Positions 27,693 to 35,294 of a DNA stretch of 53,219 nucleotides are shown piece after piece (position 1 is the stretch's first letter; each line of letters starts with the position of its first letter). Both the position numbers and the translations under genes were made by a program. The notes under the pieces are model-generated. The model was not told the origin of the DNA. It saw only the letters and a list, made by a program, of their open reading frames with translations, and did not search any database. Source of the stretch: Acutalibacteraceae bacterium (GTDB lineage: Bacteria > Bacillota > Clostridia > Oscillospirales > Acutalibacteraceae); contig JAZNRX010000227.1 of NCBI GenBank assembly GCA_045590915.1, forward strand, positions 1-53,219. The letters are read 5' to 3'.

Positions 27693-28517
27693 ATGTATAA
27701 AAAAATTTATCTTGAAATCACCAATGTATGCAATCTCAGTTGCACCTTCTGTCACAAAACCTCACGAAAGAAAAGATTTATTACAGAAGAAGAATTCATA
27801 TATCTTCTGAAAAAAATAAGACCTCATACGGACTATCTCTATTTTCATCTTATGGGTGAGCCTCTTTTGCACCCGAATTTCAGCAAGCTTCTTTCGGTTG
27901 CCGCAGAATTTGGCTTCAGAAACACCGTCGCAACCAACGGTTTACTTATAAAAGAAAGGGAGAAGGAGCTTCTGGAGACTCCGCCGTATAAGGTGACCTT
28001 TTCCCTTCACGCATACGAGGGTAACGAAATGCCCGTAAGCCTTCGGGAGTATCTCGATAATATAATTATCTTCTGTAAAAAGGCTGAAAAAAAGGGCACA
28101 ATATGTGTGCTTCGTCTGTGGAACGAGGGCGGAGAAAACACACTCAACACCCGGATAATCGAAAGACTGAAAGAGGAATTCACTTTCAGGGAAAACAGAA
28201 AGGGCTTCACTCTTTCAGAAAAAATATATCTTGAAAGTGCCGAAAAATTCATCTGGCCCGACAAAAGTGCACCCGAGCAGGAGGTTCACTTCTGTATGGG
28301 ACTTCGTGACCACATAGGAATTCTCTGTGACGGCACGGTGGTTCCCTGCTGTCTCGATGCCGACGGGGCATTGGCACTGGGAAATCTTTTCAAAGAGGAC
28401 CTAACCGATATAATAAACAAACCCTCTGCAAGAGCGATATATGACGGTTTCACTCAAAAAAATGCCACCGCCAATCTCTGCAAGCACTGCCAATACGCCA
28501 CAAGGTTTAACTCATAA
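27693..28517 (+). CDS. Radical SAM / SPASM-domain protein
   Basis: CxxxCxxC in ITNVCNLSCTFCH. The C-terminus is Cys-rich (HFCMG..ILCDGTVVPCCLD...CKHCQY). Confidence 0.8.
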   Translation: MYKKIYLEITNVCNLSCTFCHKTSRKKRFITEEEFIYLLKKIRPHTDYLYFHLMGEPLLHPNFSKLLSVAAEFGFRNTVATNGLLIKEREKELLETPPYKVTFSLHAYEGNEMPVSLREYLDNIIIFCKKAEKKGTICVLRLWNEGGENTLNTRIIERLKEEFTFRENRKGFTLSEKIYLESAEKFIWPDKSAPEQEVHFCMGLRDHIGILCDGTVVPCCLDADGALALGNLFKEDLTDIINKPSARAIYDGFTQKNATANLCKHCQYATRFNS

Positions 28518-28546
28518 TTTAAAGGAGTACCGTTAAATTATGAGTT
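28509..28546 (+). other. 13-bp perfect inverted repeat spanning the stop codon of the radical SAM gene
   Basis: AACTCATAATTTA (28509-28521) pairs with TAAATTATGAGTT (28534-28546), with a 12-nt loop AAGGAGTACCGT. No T-run follows. Confidence 0.6.
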
Positions 28547-28780
28547 AATGATATTTCTGCTTCGCAGAAGTGATATTGCCCTTCGGGCAGTGCATTATGA
28601 GCAACACGAATAACAAGGTTGTGACGGAGTCAGGTACTTATATTCTTTGCTATGCAAAGAGTGATATATTTTCCTGCGGAAAATGTGAAGCATTTGCATC
28701 GAACTTTCTCCGACTTCCGACCTTGCAAAGCACTGTTTTCTCCGAATTCCGAAATCCGAAATCCGAATTTGCAAAGCACT
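28547..28780 (+). repeat. Composite intergenic repeat, copy D (hairpin array plus two heptad blocks), forward orientation
   Basis: AATGATAT, GTGATAT, AGTGATATA and TGTGAAG alternate with hairpins at 28555-28569, 28577-28589, 28645-28659 and 28669-28683. Next come TCTCCGACTTCCGACC (28707-28722) and TCTCCGAATTCCGAAATCCGAAATCCGAATT (28739-28769). Each block is followed by TTGCAAAGCACT. Confidence 0.75.
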
Positions 28781-29720
28781 ATGCTGTCAGCTTGCGATTT
28801 ATTCTGAGCTTTCTGTTTTCACTTCTCCACGAATAGATTATTTCGGGATTTTCAAAAATTTCGTCTAATTTTTTAATAAAGGGAACTATTTCTCCGAAAT
28901 CAAGAGCACGGTGGTCAAAGGCTATACAGACAGGTAAAATCTGACGGACTTCAATTTCATCATTTTCCGTAACAAAAGGCTTTTTCTGAACGGCACCCAC
29001 ACCGAAGGCACACACCTGCGGAGGTACTATTTCAAGAAGTGCCATAGCACCCTTCTGTCCGAGATAGGTGGAGCCGATATTTGATACCGTAACCGTTCCC
29101 TGTTCAAGATCGAAGGCAGTCAGCCTTTCGGTTTCGGGGATGGCTTCATATTCCTTTTTTGCTTTTCCCGTTAAGGTCTTCACTCTGTGCTTGCCTGTTT
29201 TTGAGCCGATAAGCCTGTAAATCGTCTTTACCAATTTACCTTTTTTTAAGCCCTTCAGGGTATCATTAAGCGACACGGAAAAAAGTGCTTCGGTGAGATC
29301 CGTATTTTCCATCCGTCTTGTGACATCATTAATATATGCGGTCATCTCATCAAGGTCACGGCTTTCAAAATTTCTTAAATTCACCGTCATCATTTTTCCG
29401 TCAGGAAGAATTGTCGGCATAGAAATATCAATATTACTGAAAGTATTTATTTGACCTCGGACTAATCTTCTGTTAAAATTGATGTGTGAATTCATTTCGG
29501 GAGCAGCCTTAAGCCCCTCGGTTATGATTTTAAGGATAAGAGTATTAAAGGTGATTTTCGTTCTATATTCGGAATTCATTTTTTTGTAAAGACTATAAAG
29601 CTGTGTCACATCCGCTTCATACATATATGATACGTGAGGGATTTCTCTCCAGCTTTCACTTGTCATATTTGCAACTATCTTTCTTTGTATTCCGAAGTGT
29701 TCCGTTTTAATTGTGTTCAT
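28779..29720 (-). CDS. Stand-alone 2-oxoacid dehydrogenase E2-type acyltransferase catalytic domain (no lipoyl or E3-binding domains)
   Basis: 313 aa with the catalytic signature AFDHRALDFGE near the C-terminus, and SD AGGAG. The last roughly 17 codons and the stop codon run into repeat copy D. Confidence 0.7.
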   Translation of the reverse strand: MNTIKTEHFGIQRKIVANMTSESWREIPHVSYMYEADVTQLYSLYKKMNSEYRTKITFNTLILKIITEGLKAAPEMNSHINFNRRLVRGQINTFSNIDISMPTILPDGKMMTVNLRNFESRDLDEMTAYINDVTRRMENTDLTEALFSVSLNDTLKGLKKGKLVKTIYRLIGSKTGKHRVKTLTGKAKKEYEAIPETERLTAFDLEQGTVTVSNIGSTYLGQKGAMALLEIVPPQVCAFGVGAVQKKPFVTENDEIEVRQILPVCIAFDHRALDFGEIVPFIKKLDEIFENPEIIYSWRSENRKLRINRKLTA

Positions 29721-29902
29721 AATAAATTCTCCTGTAAATTATTGGCAAACTCTTTTCGTCTGCTACGGTTTTAGTTTATCCGTCGGGAGAACAAAAAAAC
29801 ACCAACCGCACTTTACAAAAGCACTTTTCAATATATACTTCGGTTTACAAAATTTTCCGCAACCGTACCGCAACCGATTTTTTTACATATGGGAGGATAA
29901 AT

Positions 29903-30586
29903 ATGAATCTTTTTACTGCAAAAAAACTGATTGCCCTGAGAAAGCATTTTTCTTTTTCGCAGGAAGCACTTGCCGAAAAGGTAGGTGTCAGCCGTCAGGC
30001 AATTTCAAAGTGGGAAAGAGGAGAAGCCTCTCCCGACACCGATAATCTTATAATACTTTCAAAGCTTTACGGAATTTCCCTTGACGACCTTTTAGGTGAC
30101 AAAACCGCCGAGGAAATAATCGAAGCACTGTCCGCTGTCAGAGAAGAAAAAGAAGGATTTACTCCTGAAGAAAAAACAGAAGCACCCGCTTCTTCGGATA
30201 ATAAAAATCTATACAGCAACGAAAATCACTCCGAGCAGCCGTCTCAGCCGCAAAAAGAGGAAATAAATTTTTCCGAGCTGGGAAAAAAGCTTCTTCGTAT
30301 TCCCTATTTTCTTGTTGCAATCATCGCCTATCTTGTTCTCGGCTTTTCATTAAAGCTCTGGCATCCCTTATGGCTTATAATCCTCACCATCCCCGCATAC
30401 TATCTCACTGCATGGGCTTTTCTTGCAAAAACGAAAAAGAAAATGCTTCTTATGCTCCCCGTTTATCTCTATGCCGTAATCATATTTCTCATTCTGGGAC
30501 TTGTATTAAATCTGTGGCATCCCATGTGGTTAATATTTATCTGCATTCCCGCATACTATTGGTATGTGGCATTTATGAAAAAATAA
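29903..30586 (+). CDS. XRE-family HTH regulator fused to a duplicated membrane domain
   Basis: N-terminal HTH (FSQEALAEKVGVSRQAISKWERGEASPD). The C-terminus carries two similar TM pairs (LWHPLWLIILTIPAYYLTAWAF and LWHPMWLIFICIPAYYWYVAF). Confidence 0.8.
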   Translation: MNLFTAKKLIALRKHFSFSQEALAEKVGVSRQAISKWERGEASPDTDNLIILSKLYGISLDDLLGDKTAEEIIEALSAVREEKEGFTPEEKTEAPASSDNKNLYSNENHSEQPSQPQKEEINFSELGKKLLRIPYFLVAIIAYLVLGFSLKLWHPLWLIILTIPAYYLTAWAFLAKTKKKMLLMLPVYLYAVIIFLILGLVLNLWHPMWLIFICIPAYYWYVAFMKK

Positions 30587-30593
30587 CAGTATT

Positions 30594-30630
30594 AAAAAAA
30601 ACATCACCGCGGTTGCGGTGATGTTTTTTA
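30594..30630. terminator. Bidirectional hairpin terminator
   Basis: ACATCACCGC-ggtt-GCGGTGATGT (30601-30624), flanked by an A-run and a T-run. Confidence 0.85.
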
Positions 30631-30667
30631 TGTAATCTTTAGTTGCGAAGTCTTATTTTTCAAGGCG

Positions 30668-32443
30668 TTACACATTTTTCTTAAGGTTATATTTTTCCTT
30701 GTACTGATTGAATTCAAAATCGAAATCCTCGTTGCCGTGCTTTACGGCGTTGAGGTAATTATGGGCTTCAAATTCATCCTTTTCAGCCTCAATAACAGCA
30801 ACGGCAATATTGGAGCAATGGTCGGAAATTCTTTCGATGTTATTGAGAATATCGGAAAGAATAAAGCCAAGCTCAATAGTGCATTCGCCTGCTTTAAGAC
30901 GGTCGATATGTCTTTTTCTCACCTTTTCCGTAAGTCTGTCAATAACCTGCTCAAGAGGCTCGACACGGGCTGCCGTTGCCACATCGTTTGCAGAATATGC
31001 ATCCACAGTAATTGTGATTATTTCAATAAGAGCATCGGTTAAAACAGTAAGCTCCTTATAAGCCGCATCGGAGAACACAATGCTCTTATCCTTGATTTCC
31101 TTGGCAGTTTCAAGGAGATTGAGAGCGTGGTCACCGAGTCTTTCAAAGTTTCCGATTGAGTGAAGCATACGGCCTGTTCTTCTTGAGTCTGCATCGGAAA
31201 GAGAAAGTGCGGCAACCTTAACAAGATATGTGCCGATGTCATCCTCATAGGCATCCAGCTTTTCCTCCTGTCCTCTTATCCATTCGGCAGTCTTTTCATC
31301 ATATTCACATAAAATTGCAAAGGTGGAAAGAAGCATCTGCTTTGCCTCCCCTGCCATATTTACGGAATGGTTATCACATTCACTGACGGCAACGGAGGGC
31401 ATTCCGAGAAGTCTATCATCCATTGTAAACATATGCTTGCTGTCTTCTTTTTTGTCATTGTCCTTAACACAAAACTCGGTAAGCTTTATAATCGGCTTTG
31501 CAAAGGGTGAAAGTACAACGGTGAGAGCCACATTGAAAATGGAGTGCACAAGAGCAATACTCCATGCAGTTGCAGGCCCTCTAAACAAAGCGGGACTGAA
31601 AATTATGTCAACAACCCAGAATACGCTTGTAAACAGAACCGTTCCGATAACATTGAGAATGGTATGTATAAAAGCAACTCTCTTTGCCTTTGCATTGGTG
31701 CCCACTGCGGAAATAACCGCAGTGATACAAGTACCGATATTCTGTCCCATAATGATAGGAATTGCCATACCGATATCAATAAGCCCCGTAAGTGCCAGTG
31801 CCTGAAGCATACCCACAGAGGCGGCAGAGGACTGAATTATTGCTGTGATGACCGCACCGATAAGAACACCGAACAAGGGATTATTGAATCTTATAAATAC
31901 ATTTTCAATACCTTCAATATCCTTTATGGGATCCATAGCATTACCCATAAATTCCATTCCGTACATCAGAACGGCAAAGCCCACGAAAACCGAGCCTATG
32001 CTCTTTCTCTTTGAGTTATTTGAAAAAACAACAAATATTACACCGATAAAGGCAAGTATGGGAGAGAAGTTTTCGGGCTTTAACATCATCATACCGATGC
32101 TTGAGCTTTCAATTCCCGAAAGAGACAATATCCATGCGGTAAGTGTTGTTCCGATATTGGCACCAAAAATGATGAATATTGTCTGCGAAAAATGCATAAT
32201 ACCGGAATTTACAAGTCCCACAAGCATAACCGTAACCGCAGACGAGGACTGTACGGCTATTGTTATAATCGCACCGAAAAGTATTCCGAAAAAGGGATTT
32301 GAGGTAAACTTCTTAAGAAGTCCCTCAAGCTTGCCGCCGGCTATCTTTTCAAGGTTTCCAGACATTACATTCATTCCGAAGAGGAAAAACGCAAGGCCGC
32401 AAAGCATCTGAACAACTGATGTCACTATCTGTGTTGCACTCAT
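30668..32443 (-). CDS. Na+/phosphate cotransporter family protein with C-terminal PhoU-like repeats
   Basis: 591 aa. The duplicated signature is AVQSSSAVTVM / IIQSSAASVGM. The C-terminal helical domain carries the ERLGDH and ERISDH PhoU motifs. Confidence 0.85.
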   Translation of the reverse strand: MSATQIVTSVVQMLCGLAFFLFGMNVMSGNLEKIAGGKLEGLLKKFTSNPFFGILFGAIITIAVQSSSAVTVMLVGLVNSGIMHFSQTIFIIFGANIGTTLTAWILSLSGIESSSIGMMMLKPENFSPILAFIGVIFVVFSNNSKRKSIGSVFVGFAVLMYGMEFMGNAMDPIKDIEGIENVFIRFNNPLFGVLIGAVITAIIQSSAASVGMLQALALTGLIDIGMAIPIIMGQNIGTCITAVISAVGTNAKAKRVAFIHTILNVIGTVLFTSVFWVVDIIFSPALFRGPATAWSIALVHSIFNVALTVVLSPFAKPIIKLTEFCVKDNDKKEDSKHMFTMDDRLLGMPSVAVSECDNHSVNMAGEAKQMLLSTFAILCEYDEKTAEWIRGQEEKLDAYEDDIGTYLVKVAALSLSDADSRRTGRMLHSIGNFERLGDHALNLLETAKEIKDKSIVFSDAAYKELTVLTDALIEIITITVDAYSANDVATAARVEPLEQVIDRLTEKVRKRHIDRLKAGECTIELGFILSDILNNIERISDHCSNIAVAVIEAEKDEFEAHNYLNAVKHGNEDFDFEFNQYKEKYNLKKNV

Positions 32444-32459
32444 TTTCTATATTCCTTTC

Positions 32460-33575
32460 TCACTTGAAATACATATAAACCTGACATTTTATCATTCCGT
32501 TATAGAGCTTTCTTCTCTTGTCGGCTTTTCTGCCGAATGCCTTTTCAAACTCCTCATCGGCAGTGATTATTGTATAGCTTCTGCCCTTTTGGGCAGCAAA
32601 TCTTTCACCCATGGTTCTGTAAAGCTTTCTCGCATTTTCAATATCAAGCAGTCTCTCACCGTAAGGGGGATTTACAATAACCGTCGCTCTTTCGGTTTCG
32701 GGAGTGAAATCCTTAACATCTCTTAATGTGAAGGTGAGATATTTCTCAACACCCGCTTTTCTTGCATTCTCTCTTGCAATATCAAGAGCTACGGGATCTA
32801 TGTCATAACCGTAACCGTGGAAATCAATATCGTGCCTCTGACGGTCAACCGCCTCGCTTCTCTCCTTCTGCCATACCTCCGGGGGAACCTGTCTCCAAGC
32901 TTCCGCAGTGAATTTTCTGAATCTGCCGGGAGCTATATTAAGAGCCATCAGAGCACCCTCAATGAGAATTGTACCCGAGCCGCACATGGGATCGTAAAGG
33001 GAGTGATAGTGCCGAAGCTTTGAAATCTGACAAAGGGATGCCGCAAGAGTTTCCTTAAGAGGAGCGGCATTCGCATCGGGACGGTAGCCTCTCTTATGAA
33101 GACCTCTGCCCGAGGTGTCAATAAACAGCGACACCTGATTTTTCATTATGGAAAACTGAATCTGATAAAGAGATCCCGTTTCCTCAAACCACGGTATTGC
33201 ATATTTTGTTTTAAGCCTCTCCACAACCGCCTTTTTAATGATTGACTGACAGTCGCTGACACTGAAAAGATCGGAATTCAGAGAATATCCTTTTACGGGG
33301 AAACGGTCTTTTTTACCTATCCACTGCTCCCATGGAAGCTTTTTCGTACCCTGAAAAAGCTCCTCAAAGGAATGAGCCTCAAAGGTACCCACCATAACAA
33401 GTATTCTTTCAGCGAAGCGTGAACAGATATTTGCTCTCGCCAGAATATATTCATCACCCGAAAACAGCACTCTGCCGTTCTCGGCATTCACATCTTCAGC
33501 CCCCATCTCGCGAAGCTCATCTGCAATAAGCCCCTCAAGACCAAGTAAACAAGGAACGCAAAAATTTATTTTCAT
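32460..33575 (-). CDS. THUMP-domain class I SAM-dependent RNA methyltransferase (RlmL/YpsC-like)
   Basis: SAM motif I is DPMCGSGT and motif IV is NPPYGERL. The N-terminal region is THUMP-like. Confidence 0.8.
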   Translation of the reverse strand: MKINFCVPCLLGLEGLIADELREMGAEDVNAENGRVLFSGDEYILARANICSRFAERILVMVGTFEAHSFEELFQGTKKLPWEQWIGKKDRFPVKGYSLNSDLFSVSDCQSIIKKAVVERLKTKYAIPWFEETGSLYQIQFSIMKNQVSLFIDTSGRGLHKRGYRPDANAAPLKETLAASLCQISKLRHYHSLYDPMCGSGTILIEGALMALNIAPGRFRKFTAEAWRQVPPEVWQKERSEAVDRQRHDIDFHGYGYDIDPVALDIARENARKAGVEKYLTFTLRDVKDFTPETERATVIVNPPYGERLLDIENARKLYRTMGERFAAQKGRSYTIITADEEFEKAFGRKADKRRKLYNGMIKCQVYMYFK

Positions 33576-33596
33576 CGTTATTTCAACTCCAGTGCA

Positions 33597-34105
33597 AATT
33601 CGGAATTCGGAATTCGGAGGTTAATTAAACTTTTACTTCCCCCAAAATCTAAATCTATTTCCGCCCGTTTGTGCTTTCATTTTTTGTTCAGTTTATTTTT
33701 CTGAGTTTTGGTTATAGCAACAAGCATTTTTATTAACTCGTCACAATCCTTATAAATGCTGTCAAACTGTTCCTTTGTTATGTACTCACTTTCATACAAC
33801 AATTCCAACCAATAAGCACTTTCATCTGCTTCTTTCAACGAAACAGTAAGCTTCATATAAAAATCTGCATCAGTCTGAACCCTTGTACTTTCCCGGATAT
33901 TAGCACCAATACTTGTCCCCGAATGCAACAGCTGATTTGAAAGCACAAACTCCTTCTTTTCCGAGCACAGATATTTATTCAGCTTTATAATTCGCAAAGC
34001 AAAAGCCTTTGACTTATCACAAAGAATATTACACCTCAAAATATTCTCCTTCTAAACAGCTATAGCCGCTATTCATATTGTATCTTTTTCTCCGAAATCC
34101 GAATT
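33597..34105. mobile_element. 509-bp cassette bounded by inverted heptad blocks, carrying the four-helix-bundle gene (candidate non-autonomous element)
   Basis: The left end is AATTCGG x3 plus AGG (33597-33620). The right end is TCTCCGAAATCCGAATT (34089-34105). The innermost 17 nt match as inverted repeats at 15 of 17 positions. The cassette fills the whole intergenic gap and abuts the stop codon of the M42 peptidase gene. Confidence 0.55.
33677..34039 (-). CDS. Four-helix-bundle protein (23S rRNA intervening-sequence protein / Avd-like family)
   Basis: 120 aa: ...SNQLLHSGTSIGANIRES ... EADESAYWLELL, characteristic of this family. TTG start with AGGAG 6 nt upstream. AT-rich relative to the flanks. 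Confidence 0.75.
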   Translation of the reverse strand: MRCNILCDKSKAFALRIIKLNKYLCSEKKEFVLSNQLLHSGTSIGANIRESTRVQTDADFYMKLTVSLKEADESAYWLELLYESEYITKEQFDSIYKDCDELIKMLVAITKTQKNKLNKK

Positions 34106-35143
34106 TCAGATTGCGAAACCTGTGAGCAATCTGATTGTGTTTTCGACTCCGTCGATGTGGCTTCTTTCATAGCCGTGGGAGGAATATACGCCGGGACCTA
34201 TGAGTCCGTGGCGGAAATCATGTCCGGCACGAAGAGTGGCCTCTGCATCGCTTCCGTAATGAGGATAAATGTCAACTGCATAAGCTGCACCGGTTTTTTC
34301 CGCAGCCTCAATAAGCCTTGATGTCATATCATAGTTATATGGGCCTCCGGAATCCTTGGCACATATCGAAACCTGCTTTTCGGTGCAGATAAGTCCGTCT
34401 CCGACACAGCCCATATCAACGGAAAGCACTTCCGTTATCCCCTCAAAGGGAACTGCGGCAGCTCCGTGCCCGACTTCTTCATAAACCGTTATATGCAGAT
34501 ATATCTTTCTTTCGGGTGAAAGCTTTTCATCCTTCAGAAGCTTCGCAAAGCCTAAAATTGCCGCAACACTCAGCTTATCATCAAGAAAACGGCTTTTTAT
34601 ATAACCCGATTCCGTAACGACAGTTCTCGTATCAAAGGCAACAATATCGCCGTTTCCGATACCGAGTGCTTTCACATCATCCGCATTTTTCACATCCTCG
34701 TCAAGCACAACCTCCATATTATCAAAGCTGCGGTCGGTTTTGTTAAATTCGCCGTTGACATGGATTGAGGGATTTTTGAGAAGAAATGTGCCGTCATATA
34801 TACCGTTTTTTCTTGTTATGACACGGCAGTTTTCGCCCTCTGTATTAAAGCCGTTAAGTCCGCCGAGAGGTGTGATTCTCAGTCTGCCGTTACTCTTAAC
34901 CTCGGCAACCATTCCGCCGAGTGTATCAAGATGTGCTTCCAGAAGGAGTGCATTTTTTTCATCTTTTCCGCCGATTTCCACGGCAACTCCGCCTTTTTCA
35001 GTGATAAAAGCGGGACAGCCGACAGAAATAAACTCATTTCTGACAAATTCCGCCGCCGCTGAAGTGTATCCCGTCGGGGAATCGATCTTTAATATTTCAA
35101 CTGCTTTCTGAGTTGCAAATTCTGCATACTTTTTATACATCAT
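34106..35143 (-). CDS. M42-family metallo-aminopeptidase (FrvX/CelM-like)
   Basis: 345 aa with metal-ligand segments EAHLDTLG, FLDDKLSVA, YEEVGHGAA and SVDMG. Confidence 0.8.
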   Translation of the reverse strand: MMYKKYAEFATQKAVEILKIDSPTGYTSAAAEFVRNEFISVGCPAFITEKGGVAVEIGGKDEKNALLLEAHLDTLGGMVAEVKSNGRLRITPLGGLNGFNTEGENCRVITRKNGIYDGTFLLKNPSIHVNGEFNKTDRSFDNMEVVLDEDVKNADDVKALGIGNGDIVAFDTRTVVTESGYIKSRFLDDKLSVAAILGFAKLLKDEKLSPERKIYLHITVYEEVGHGAAAVPFEGITEVLSVDMGCVGDGLICTEKQVSICAKDSGGPYNYDMTSRLIEAAEKTGAAYAVDIYPHYGSDAEATLRAGHDFRHGLIGPGVYSSHGYERSHIDGVENTIRLLTGFAI

Positions 35144-35294
35144 ACATCACCAGAATAATACTATCACAAAATTTGTATAAATAAAAGACTTTCTACAAAA
35201 AAATAGAGATCATAATTTTATAAAAATAATTGAATTAATATTTTCATTATGTTATTATATTTATAACTATATTTGTGCGTAAGGAGTTTTTTTT

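Noticed and set aside
28570-28836. 88-aa ORF on the + strand, and the similar 52848-53039 ORF on the - strand
   Set aside because: Both are composed of repeat-element sequence (hairpin array plus heptads), have no SD, and overlap a convergent real gene end.
33677-34039. The four-helix-bundle gene considered as the Avd component of a diversity-generating retroelement
   Set aside because: There is no reverse transcriptase gene and no template/variable repeat pair nearby. Only the heptad inverted repeats flank the gene.
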